Source: a virus (lineage: Duplodnaviria; Heunggongvirae; Uroviricota; Caudoviricetes). From it: 63,057 nucleotides of DNA. The notes under the pieces are model-generated. The model saw only the letters and a program-made list of their open reading frames with translations, was not told the origin of the DNA and did no database searches. Position numbers and translations under genes: made by a program. The DNA is taken from positions 67,162-130,218 of the IMG/VR virus record IMGVR_UViG_3300014205_000184; one strand, 5' to 3'. Positions within the stretch are counted from its first letter, which is position 1; each line of letters begins with the position of its first letter. This document shows, in pieces, positions 55,556 through 63,057 of this stretch.

Positions 55556-56026
55556 TTATCCCTCATTTTCATTAATAATATCTTCTATTTTAACATCATC
55601 GTCCCATTGAGCTATAAAAAACTTATCAGCGCAACCTGTTATACATCCAAAAAGTATGGGGTCTTTTCTTTCAACAATACTTTGTATGTGTGCTATTTCA
55701 TACGTATCAAAAACACATACATTAGAACCATCTTCCAACTTAACGTTTTGCGCTTCTTCAAGTTTAAGTAAAACATCAGCTGGCGGTACTTTAGTATACT
55801 GGTCTATTCTAGTGAATATTAACTTATCGTAAGATTCGGAATATTTGTTAGGTTTTTTAACTGTTTTATTATATAGTTTTGTATTAAAATCTACAAACTT
55901 ATCTGGCGTAACAAATCTAAACCGTTCATAAGCTATCATCGTTTTTCTTTTAAATTCTAACGCTTTCTCAATATCACTTGCTACCCTAGTCATTCCCAAT
56001 TCTTTCAACTTAGCGATATCAACCAT
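55556..56026 (-). CDS. Hypothetical protein
   Basis: 156 aa; KDPILFG...FFIAQWDDD. Confidence 0.65.
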   Translation of the reverse strand: MVDIAKLKELGMTRVASDIEKALEFKRKTMIAYERFRFVTPDKFVDFNTKLYNKTVKKPNKYSESYDKLIFTRIDQYTKVPPADVLLKLEEAQNVKLEDGSNVCVFDTYEIAHIQSIVERKDPILFGCITGCADKFFIAQWDDDVKIEDIINENEG

Positions 56027-56047
56027 ATTTCACCTCTTTCTTTCTGT

Positions 56048-56461
56048 CTATACTACTTCAAGATTCTCTAAGCGATTATCTAACGTAATCCCATTTTTAT
56101 GCTTAACACTCTCGTTTTCGAGTAGTTTACGCCCCAAATGGGATTCTAATATCATCTTATGCAATAAAGCATATCCATTAGCATCAGCTAAGTTATTATC
56201 TTTACCAACGTGTATTTTAATATACCCATTGTTAATAATAACACCCTTCGGTAAAATAGTTTCTTCGACTTTACTATTTTTTATATCCTCTAGATTAAAG
56301 TAATATTTTTTACCTATTCTTACATGCTTTATAGTGTCTGATTTCGCAAAACTACGTAATGTGGCCGGGTGAAGATTTAACATCTTCGCTGTTTCATTGA
56401 TTGGGAGTAATTTATTCTTTTCTAAAAATTCTATATATTCTTTCGTAAACATCTCTTTCAT
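56048..56461 (-). CDS. Excisionase-like HTH fused to an HNH-type domain (possibly degenerate)
   Basis: LLPINETAKMLNLHPATLR...RIGKKYYF; LHKMILESHLGRKL...VKHKNGITLDNRLENL. Confidence 0.72.
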   Translation of the reverse strand: MKEMFTKEYIEFLEKNKLLPINETAKMLNLHPATLRSFAKSDTIKHVRIGKKYYFNLEDIKNSKVEETILPKGVIINNGYIKIHVGKDNNLADANGYALLHKMILESHLGRKLLENESVKHKNGITLDNRLENLEVV

Positions 56462-56479
56462 TTAAATCTACCTCTCATA

Positions 56480-57025
56480 TTATGTCTTTCACAATCTCCA
56501 AATAAAGGAAGCGTAAGAAGTAACTCGGACGTTAACAAAGAACCTAACTTACTTACGACATTTGACAATTAACGTGTAACTTCACCATCAGGTTCTCTCA
56601 TCGAGTGTTGCCCAAAGTGAATTATCACTTGTCTTTAGTCTTGATACGTTACCCTTTACTCTTGCTTAACTTCAGCCTTAAAGCTTGCTATCTTAAGTCT
56701 TAGGTCGGGGATACTTTTCCCCATGCGCAGAGTAGATACTGACGTATCTATTCATAACAATAACATTCGTCTGATTAGGACGATATCCGTTTTGTAATAA
56801 TTACTATTCGTAATTAACAATTAAATCCGCTTATCGTCGCAGAATACGCTTTATTATTTCCGATTTTTATCTCTTTATCTGAGACTTTTGTGAAAGAACT
56901 ATTTTTTAAATTGGAATTGATTTATCGCTAGAGAGCTACTCTAGATTAGTTCACACATCAATTCCGTATAAGCTACTCAGCTATACCAGATATGCATATC
57001 TGTGAACAAGGTATCACTTTTCGCA
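56480..57025 (-). ncRNA. Probable large structured ncRNA (~550 nt), ROOL-like in size and context
   Basis: ORF-free gap with many hairpins (56987-57002, 56733-56750, 56707-56722), nested pairing 56913-56921/56957-56965 and long-range pairing 56485-56494/56888-56897; near tRNAs. Family assignment not verified. Confidence 0.68.
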
Positions 57026-57028
57026 GTA

Positions 57029-57559
57029 TTACTTTTCAATTACGTCTGTCGTAGCGTTTGCTATCTCTAAAACTTTATCTATTGACTCTTTTTCTGTCTT
57101 AAGTAACTCTAACTGTTTATCACGTTCTGACGCATCGAAATAGAACCTGACTCTAGCTTGCTTTACTTTATCTGTGTCCAATCCTCTAACTAACATCGAC
57201 TTATCTGACAACCCTCTATCTGAAAGAATACTATACGACTGTATCTCGAAATCTATAATCTCACGTCTACGTATAACCCATTCAGAAATAGTTCTAGTTA
57301 CAGGTTCGTCACCGATTTTTATAGTAACGTTTGTTTCTAGATTCGTCCTCTGAATATCTTTCTTAAGTTTAGTCAGATTCAACGCCAAATCATGGTGCAT
57401 CTGTAACCATTCTGAAACTTTCTTCTTCTGTGAGTCTGCGTCTCCATAAGTAGCCTGCATACAGTCTAAATCAGCGCAGTACATACTTATTTTCTTACGT
57501 AAATCTTCCATTTTACGTAACGTATGTTTCGTACCATGCATAGCTTCAATTAACTTCAT
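57029..57559 (-). CDS. Coiled-coil protein (resembles DIP1984/DUF6847-type proteins, from memory)
   Basis: MKLIEAM...IQRTNLETNV...TISEWVIRRRE...LEIANATT. Confidence 0.6.
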   Translation of the reverse strand: MKLIEAMHGTKHTLRKMEDLRKKISMYCADLDCMQATYGDADSQKKKVSEWLQMHHDLALNLTKLKKDIQRTNLETNVTIKIGDEPVTRTISEWVIRRREIIDFEIQSYSILSDRGLSDKSMLVRGLDTDKVKQARVRFYFDASERDKQLELLKTEKESIDKVLEIANATTDVIEK

Positions 57560-57813
57560 TTAGTCTCCTCCTTTTTTACATAGTCATTTATTTTTATAGT
57601 AGATAAAACTTCCTCTGGTTTCTGTCCTCTTTCAATAGCAACTGTTATATGCGGATACGTTATTAAAGTCTGCTTCCCGCACCCTTCTGCATAACATGTC
57701 ATTCTATAAAAATGATTCGCTCTCATTGATAATAGAAAGTCTATATAATCAATTTGACATATATTCCCACAGTGTTTACATGTTGCGTCTATTAAAATGA
57801 CTTTTTCTTCCAT
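57556..57813 (-). CDS. Small zinc-ribbon protein
   Basis: CKHCG...CYAEGCG; good SD. Confidence 0.6.
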   Translation of the reverse strand: MEEKVILIDATCKHCGNICQIDYIDFLLSMRANHFYRMTCYAEGCGKQTLITYPHITVAIERGQKPEEVLSTIKINDYVKKEETK

Positions 57814-57862
57814 ATTTTCTCCTTTTTATAATCAGATTCAATTCTTATCTACTTATGAAATG

Positions 57863-57891
57863 AGTATATCATAAAAAATGCAGTTTGTCAA
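57863..57891 (-). promoter_or_regulatory. Sigma70-type promoter
   Basis: TTGACA-17 nt-TATACT with extended -10 TG. Confidence 0.85.
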
Positions 57892-57911
57892 GTTATTTTT
57901 TATTTTTCTTT

Positions 57912-57989
57912 TGGTCTGAGCGAAAGGATTTGAACCTTTGAACTCTTGTCTCCAAAACAAGCGACTTGACCAGACTAGCCTACGCTCAG
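57912..57989 (-). tRNA. trnP: tRNA-Pro(UGG) with encoded CCA
   Basis: Acceptor CTGAGCG/CGCTCAG, A73, CCA; anticodon arm CTTGT-TTTGGAG-ACAAG; T-arm AAAGG-TTCAAAT-CCTTT. Confidence 0.92.
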
Positions 57990-57993
57990 TTTT

Positions 57994-58070
57994 TGGTAGC
58001 GGGAGTGGGATTTGAACCCACGACATTCAGGGTATGAACCTGACGTGCTACCTGGCTGCACTATCCCGCA
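57994..58070 (-). tRNA. trnM: tRNA with CAU anticodon (Met; initiator/elongator/Ile2 identity unresolved)
   Basis: D-stem GTGC/GCAC; TCAGG-TTCATAC-CCTGA; GTGGG-TTCAAAT-CCCAC; U1.U72 mismatch; CCA. Confidence 0.92.
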
Positions 58071-58388
58071 ATAATTATTTATCGTTAGATGTAAACCCAA
58101 TTTTAATCTTTTCTTCATTAGCAAGCTCTGATACGAAACTTTTTAAACTACGTGAATCTTTTATTTTAAAATGTCTTAACTCTTCAGGGCTTAAATCTAC
58201 TTCAAGACCCTTTTCTGTTTTGATGTGCATTTTTGATTTCCTTGAATTTATTTTTTATATTTTCTGTCACAAATAATGGTATCTTTTTCTGACAGAATAT
58301 TGCTTTGTTTTCTGACGGTGTTAATGACTTAAAAAATTCGTGTACAGTATCGCACCCCTCGGATATAATAATCTCTGAAACAAAAGTT

Positions 58389-58577
58389 CTACACATACTT
58401 ACCTTTTAACCTTTCTGGTAAACATTTTTTACTGCTACAAATATCATTATACTTAGTACATAGGGTTATATCTTTACCACAATGATAGCAATATATCTGT
58501 TTCTGTCTACTCTTCATCATCAAGCACTTCTCGTACTGTTTCCTAAAAGAAATATACTTTTTTAAACTACTGTCCAC
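58389..58577 (-). CDS. Small Cys-containing hypothetical protein
   Basis: CYHCGK...CSSKKC. Confidence 0.5.
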   Translation of the reverse strand: MDSSLKKYISFRKQYEKCLMMKSRQKQIYCYHCGKDITLCTKYNDICSSKKCLPERLKGKYV

Positions 58578-58765
58578 GTATTCTCCTTTCTTTGTTCTAT
58601 TATCTTACCGCAAAATAAGCAGTACTTAACTGGTGACCCGTAATGCCCTACTGCCCACATGTACTCCGTCCAATCACTAATATTTTCATGATGACACAGT
58701 TCCTGTAAATGCTCAATTTCTTTTTTGTGTCGTTCACGCATCTTATCTATATTTTTAATTTTCAT
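58562..58765 (-). CDS. Small hypothetical protein
   Basis: LCHHE...YCLFCGK. Confidence 0.55.
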   Translation of the reverse strand: MKIKNIDKMRERHKKEIEHLQELCHHENISDWTEYMWAVGHYGSPVKYCLFCGKIIEQRKENTWTVV

Positions 58766-58967
58766 GTTTATTTCTACATTGATATAGTTTATAAAAGAAC
58801 ATTGGTATATCGCACTCTAACTTACTCTTATACTTATTACAAAACTCTTTCTTTTTATCTAAAAATTCACAATCGTCACCGCATACTATTTCACTATACT
58901 GCCCGTGCTTGTGCATGATTAAAGTACCTCTGGAATACGGCGTTAAAGAACAAATCTGCCGCATCAC
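58755..58967 (-). CDS. Small Cys-rich hypothetical protein (true start probably internal)
   Basis: CGDDCEFL...FCNKY...C. Confidence 0.45.
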   Translation of the reverse strand: MMRQICSLTPYSRGTLIMHKHGQYSEIVCGDDCEFLDKKKEFCNKYKSKLECDIPMFFYKLYQCRNKHEN

Positions 58968-59334
58968 TCATTATCATATCACCTTCATACTTAACTTCAT
59001 TTCCACTAAAGTCTATTTTAATTCTTTTACCTTCTTTATTCGTAAACTGAACACTATGCGGTGCAACGTCAGTTAAACCTACTATAATCTGTTCGTTAAT
59101 CTGATTGTTAATATCACTACTAATCATACCTAAGTCAGGAACAACGCTACCCCACTCTCGGAAGTTATTTCTAGCTTCTTCTAAAGTATTAAGTGTTAGC
59201 GTATTACTTCCATGTAATGTATGCCCACTCATAAAAACAGCATCACCTCTCTCAAGTACGTCACTTGCCGTTATATTGATACTACCAAAATTTTCTGGTG
59301 GTGGTACTCTACTCCCATCGCTACGTCTTATCAT
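58894..59334 (-). CDS. Hypothetical protein
   Basis: 146-aa ORF coupled to the upstream methyltransferase gene. Confidence 0.55.
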   Translation of the reverse strand: MIRRSDGSRVPPPENFGSINITASDVLERGDAVFMSGHTLHGSNTLTLNTLEEARNNFREWGSVVPDLGMISSDINNQINEQIIVGLTDVAPHSVQFTNKEGKRIKIDFSGNEVKYEGDMIMSDAADLFFNAVFQRYFNHAQARAV

Positions 59335-59843
59335 GCTTTCACCCCTTCAATTAAAAACCCGGTCAACTCACCAACTTCATCTTTATACTCTTCTGTTACT
59401 TTTATGTCTTTACATCCAGCATCTTTTAATAACTCACTTAACCATTCTGGGTCAAACGCACACTTATGATAATTCGTATAATCGTCTTGGTCAGCATACG
59501 TCGCATTTGAGAACTCTTTTGCTTTTATTCTACCCTCATAATACGCTCTACTGACACTCTTCTGACATGGAACTTTTAACTCTATCTTAGCTTTAACTTT
59601 TAACTTTCTAACCCACATCTTCAAAATACTGTCTACATCTCTCCACGAAAAATGCTCTAACGTATTTGAACTATACACAGCACTTAAACTATTATCTTTA
59701 AATGGTAACTCTTTACTCGCATCGCAAACATATTCAATATGCTCAAGCGGTTGTATATCTAAATGCTCATACCCTTCCCGAGGATGTTTACCGCACCCGA
59801 TATCAAGTTTTATTCCATCTATTATATAATCAATTATTTCCAT
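59331..59843 (-). CDS. Class I methyltransferase (Methyltransf_11-like)
   Basis: KLDIGCG; LPFKDNSLSAVYSSNTLEHF. Confidence 0.85.
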   Translation of the reverse strand: MEIIDYIIDGIKLDIGCGKHPREGYEHLDIQPLEHIEYVCDASKELPFKDNSLSAVYSSNTLEHFSWRDVDSILKMWVRKLKVKAKIELKVPCQKSVSRAYYEGRIKAKEFSNATYADQDDYTNYHKCAFDPEWLSELLKDAGCKDIKVTEEYKDEVGELTGFLIEGVKA

Positions 59844-60033
59844 ATTGATTTCTTTTCACTAAAAACAACTTTCCCGTTTTTATCATAGTTTATCTTAAAA
59901 CTTTGTCTCAAACTTCTTGGTATATATGTCTCTCTTATAATTTGTTTCTTAAAAAATTCTATCGTCTCTACACTAGAAGTTACCTGCGATACACCCATTC
60001 GCATCTGCGCACCTCCAACGCTAGGTTTATTTA

Positions 60034-60426
60034 CTACTTCACTTCTTTAAATATATTTTCTAAACTTATTATTCTTGTTTTGAGTTTTTCAATTTCAATA
60101 TATATATTACACAACCAATTTTGTATCTCGATTATTGTGTCTCTAAGCCTTTGCGGAACAACTATTTTATACATACTCCCATCTTCATGAAAACATCCTA
60201 TTATCTCAGTAGATTTATCTCCCCTCACCCAAGCAGACCACAATATCGAACCCCAATTATATAATTTATCAGTATGCGATACTTCGCTACTACACCCACA
60301 CTCGTAACTACAACACGATTCATTAACTGTAAATGTCCCTGAACATTCTCTACACATATAAACTTGTAACGTTTCGTAGTCTGTTTTAATAACTTCTTTA
60401 TCGCTATTACAATATGGGCACCGCAT
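60034..60426 (-). CDS. Zinc-ribbon protein with coiled-coil C-terminus
   Basis: CPYCNS...CRECSG. Confidence 0.6.
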   Translation of the reverse strand: MRCPYCNSDKEVIKTDYETLQVYMCRECSGTFTVNESCCSYECGCSSEVSHTDKLYNWGSILWSAWVRGDKSTEIIGCFHEDGSMYKIVVPQRLRDTIIEIQNWLCNIYIEIEKLKTRIISLENIFKEVK

Positions 60427-60579
60427 TCCGTCCTCCTTTTTATACTTTCACTCCATTATCGCTCTTCAACGCACCACTCTCAATCTGCTTAATTCTTCTC
60501 TTACGCTCACGTGTACCAAGATGTAACTTACCCTTAAACTTATCTTTTATCTTCCATTCATGCCGTTCTATTTTCATCT

Positions 60580-60831
60580 TTACTCCTTAACTACTTCATA
60601 AATATGCTTAAAATATCTTGATTTACATACTCTTACACCACAATCTTCATCTTTAAAAATATAATCATTTTTAGAAGCATATACTCTACCATAGTCTGTA
60701 TCTAACCCTATCTTTTTACCGCACACCCACGCCTGACCATCACCCTTAATAAATTCTACAATATCATCATAATTAAGTCCTGTATACTGAATAGCATCAA
60801 ATTCATAATTGATTTTCTTTCTAATTTTCAT
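60580..60831 (-). CDS. Hypothetical protein
   Basis: FDAIQYTGLN...ASKNDYIFK...CKSRYF. Confidence 0.65.
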   Translation of the reverse strand: MKIRKKINYEFDAIQYTGLNYDDIVEFIKGDGQAWVCGKKIGLDTDYGRVYASKNDYIFKDEDCGVRVCKSRYFKHIYEVVKE

Positions 60832-61475
60832 AGTATCTTCTTCTCCTCTTCTTCAAGCCTCTTTACTGATAATTTATGCGTCGCCTCATCTATCTCACTC
60901 CCAAAATAATCTCTGCCCGTCCGTAAACACGCTACCGCCGTTGTCCCGCTTCCCATAAAACAGTCATACACCGTATCGCCTTTATTCGTGAAATTCTTCA
61001 CACACCTCTCTACTATATCCGTAGGGAATCCATAGCTATACCCATCATACTTATCATTATCTACTCTCCACACATCGTACTCATAATCGTCATTATGATT
61101 CTGCTTAATCTTACCTTTCCCAAACGACATCACAAATGAATAATTTAACCTATATAAATTCCTCTTATCAGACTTATTCCATATCTTCTGACTTATATAC
61201 TTATACCCTAACTCATGCATTATCCTTATTATCTCAGCATGTTTCTCAATTACCCCACCATCATACTTCCTATCCGTAATAGCAACCGTAACCGCACCCG
61301 TCTCAATCTTAAACCCTTTAAACACTCTCTCAAGAAAGTCTAAATACTTACCCCAATCTTTACCCGGGTTCCACCCTAACTCATCAAAATCAGGCGGTCC
61401 GCAAAACACATAATTATACCAAATCTCATTCTTATGCATCGTAGTTAAACAGTCTTCTAACAATAATTTACCCAT
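60828..61475 (-). CDS. DNA N6-adenine/N4-cytosine methyltransferase (beta class) with atypical GPPD motif
   Basis: EDCL...VFCGPPD (motif IV position); FPTDIVERCV...VYDCFMGSGTTAVAC...YFGSEI (motif I). Confidence 0.85.
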   Translation of the reverse strand: MGKLLLEDCLTTMHKNEIWYNYVFCGPPDFDELGWNPGKDWGKYLDFLERVFKGFKIETGAVTVAITDRKYDGGVIEKHAEIIRIMHELGYKYISQKIWNKSDKRNLYRLNYSFVMSFGKGKIKQNHNDDYEYDVWRVDNDKYDGYSYGFPTDIVERCVKNFTNKGDTVYDCFMGSGTTAVACLRTGRDYFGSEIDEATHKLSVKRLEEEEKKIL

Positions 61476-61687
61476 TATCTCCCCTTCTCATACTTCCCAC
61501 ACTCTTTACACACCATCATATCTTCCTTAAACTCGCAATCACTAACCTTACTCTCCCTGCCCTCGACAAAGTGACCGCACGTTAAACACGATTTATAGTA
61601 CCTCTTCGTGAACTTACGCAACGAACCACTCACCGGTTGCTCCGTAAAACTATATGTCGGCGTATAGCCACCTACTGTTTTCTTCAT
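61475..61687 (-). CDS. Small zinc-binding hypothetical protein (start reassigned to 61687)
   Basis: CLTCGH...CKECGK; the annotated TTG start lies in a promoter -35 box. Confidence 0.45.
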   Translation of the reverse strand: MKKTVGGYTPTYSFTEQPVSGSLRKFTKRYYKSCLTCGHFVEGRESKVSDCEFKEDMMVCKECGKYEKGR

Positions 61688-61697
61688 GATTAAACAC

Positions 61698-61726
61698 AGT
61701 ATATCATAAAACAACATCTTTGTCAA
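61698..61726 (-). promoter_or_regulatory. Sigma70-type promoter heading the leftward transcript
   Basis: TTGACA-17 nt-TATACT with extended -10 TG. Confidence 0.85.
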
Positions 61727-61812
61727 GTAAAATTTAAAATAATTTGTTAACCACTACTCCAACTTGAGCAGGGAGAAGCGAGTATTTACACCTTATAATA
61801 GATACCCAGACA

Positions 61813-61973
61813 TTCAACTATAACGCTTCAACACCCAGGTCTTAAATATTACACCTTGACACTCATGCCTTGAGTCTTGAGTCTTGAGTTTTGTATCTCG
61901 ATTCTTGTGCGTTAGGTCTTGTGTCTCGGGACTTGCGCATTACGCATTAATTCTTAGGTCTCGGGGCTCTGGT
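61813..61973. repeat. Degenerate 7-nt periodic array (~23 units; CTTGAGT x3 core)
   Basis: Units in register: cccaggt cttaaat attacac cttgaca ctcatgc cttgagt cttgagt cttgagt tttgtat ctcgatt cttgtgc gttaggt cttgtgt ctcggga cttgcgc attacgc attaatt cttaggt ctcgggg ctctggt. Confidence 0.8.
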
Positions 61974-62280
61974 GAAGCGGATTATGATGCATATAATGAA
62001 GTATATATATGATATACTAGTGTAGAAAAAAACTGGACCACTCCGTGTAAGATACAGTAGACGTGTGAAATCGCAGAAAAAGAAAAATTCTCGTCGAGAA
62101 AAAACGTGGGGGGATATTTAATACTTTCGTGAGTCAAAAATTTTTTGATTTAAAATTAAATATAATTTATATCAATATATATTAAGTAAAAAAAATTATA
62201 ATAAAATGTCTTTTGTCAAGTATTATTTTAAAATAAATTTAATTTTGATTTTTCAAAGTGATTATGTTTTTCAAAGTATC

Positions 62281-62308
62281 TTGACTAAAAGTATATATAT
62301 GATATACT
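62281..62308 (+). promoter_or_regulatory. Sigma70-type rightward promoter
   Basis: TTGACT-16 nt-TATACT with extended -10 TG; GTATATATATGATATACT also occurs at 62001-62018. Confidence 0.72.
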
Positions 62309-62501
62309 CTATACAGAAGTATAAAAGAAGTTCATTCAAAGATAAGCAAGTAAAAAATAAGTAGCTTAAAGCATAATACGTTGAGCGACAACGAAAAACA
62401 ATAAGCAAAAAAAATAAATGCTTGCAGTTTAGAAAAATAAAAACAGAATAAAAAAATATACTTTTGTTTTTTATATAGTCACAGAGAGAGAGTAAAAAAT
62501 C

Positions 62502-63057
62502 GTGAAAACTTCAATAATGAAGATTGATAAGATGATGTCAAAGATATACAATGACGAGCAACGATTAAAAGATAAAATCGCTATATATAAAAACGATAAA
62601 AGAATTATAGCGATAAGACTTGACGTTGAGCGTGATTTCACTATAAAAAATAATGAAGTCACTTTTAACGTGTATAAACAATTTGTCAATCGTATTGAGA
62701 TTGTCAACTATAAAGTTGACAAAGAATTGACAAGCAAGTTGAAAAGTTCTGATACGAAAAAAGAATTTTCTAACTTGTTAAATGAGCACGTTGCAAACGT
62801 CATAGAAGTGCTAGACAAAAGCACAACAACAACACGTGAAACTTGCACGTTAAGAAAACGTTTTGCGAAATTCTTTTTTAATGTAACGAAAGACAAAAAA
62901 TTCGTTACGTTTGAAGAAGATAGCGAAAAACAAGTTGCAGAAGTTGTCAAAGTGACAAAAGTAAAAGCTAAGTCGAAAGACAAGACAAGCGCAAAAGCTA
63001 AGTCACAGCACGATAACATCGCAAAAGCTAAAAGCGCAAAAGCTAAAAGCGCAAAAG
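62502..63057 (+). CDS. Rightward gene, partial; 185 codons with no Gly, Pro or Trp; Lys/Ala-rich tail
   Basis: GAGAGAGAG SD-like stretch, GTG at 62502, open to the window end (MKTSIMKIDKMMSK...AKAKSAKAKSAK); absent from the ORF track because it has no stop. Confidence 0.8.
   Translation, partial: MKTSIMKIDKMMSKIYNDEQRLKDKIAIYKNDKRIIAIRLDVERDFTIKNNEVTFNVYKQFVNRIEIVNYKVDKELTSKLKSSDTKKEFSNLLNEHVANVIEVLDKSTTTTRETCTLRKRFAKFFFNVTKDKKFVTFEEDSEKQVAEVVKVTKVKAKSKDKTSAKAKSQHDNIAKAKSAKAKSAK

Larger units (their letters stand above)
62114..63057. other. 944-nt segment with no GG or CC dinucleotide, beginning right after a G6 run (62108-62113)
   Basis: Scanned line by line, including block boundaries. 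Confidence 0.92.

Noticed and set aside
56048-56461. Excisionase-like HTH as evidence of a prophage boundary
   Set aside because: It is fused to an HNH-type domain; no integrase, att-like repeat or host genes are visible in the window
895-59554. The many plus-strand ORFs in the track (e.g. 895..1122, 3317..3829, 13720..14232, 22690..22887, 59105..59554)
   Set aside because: They are antisense shadows of long minus-strand genes that have recognisable motifs and coupled starts; they show no family signal of their own
61688-61726. N-terminal 13 codons of ORF 61475..61726
   Set aside because: Its TTG start is the -35 box of a consensus promoter; the ATG at 61687 is more plausible
61813-61973. 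Possible CRISPR array
   Set aside because: Units are contiguous 7-mers with no 23-50 nt repeats and no unique spacers; no cas genes in the window
62471-63019. Minus-strand ORFs 62471..62707 and 62708..63019
   Set aside because: Shadows of the unlisted plus-strand gene starting at 62502, which has a promoter and an SD-like stretch
1-63057. Alternative genetic code (stop-codon reassignment) as the cause of the Cys richness
   Set aside because: Long genes translate intact with the standard code, and the Cys codons checked are TGT/TGC

Overview
The whole window reads as part of one AT-rich tailed phage genome. It has siphovirus-type morphogenesis genes and no sheath, integrase, replication or recognisable lysin genes in view. 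From about 61.7 kb down to base 1 essentially all real genes are on the minus strand: small genes and a DNA methyltransferase, two tRNAs, a probable ~550-nt structured ncRNA, TerS candidate/TerL, portal, protease-scaffold, capsid, neck, tail tube, a chaperone with a -1 frameshift, tape measure and tail tip/fibre genes. Four things stand out. (1) A radical SAM/SPASM enzyme is encoded directly behind a 489-aa protein made of an ~81-aa probable virion-type domain plus a ~408-aa tail with 111 Cys in CxCNx[DN] repeats. (2) About 20 nucleotide-sugar, glycosyltransferase and methyltransferase genes are spliced into the head module, with a TibC/AAH-like heptosyltransferase by the tail fibres and a recurring [ST]G[SA]G motif in virion proteins, pointing to virion glycosylation. 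(3) A tail fibre has no Cys in its first 506 residues and about 48 in the rest. (4) A likely genome-end region has a 7-nt periodic array and a G6 run, then 944 nt with no GG or CC dinucleotide, including a gene with no Gly, Pro or Trp. Product calls come from motif reading and gene order only; no database searches were run.
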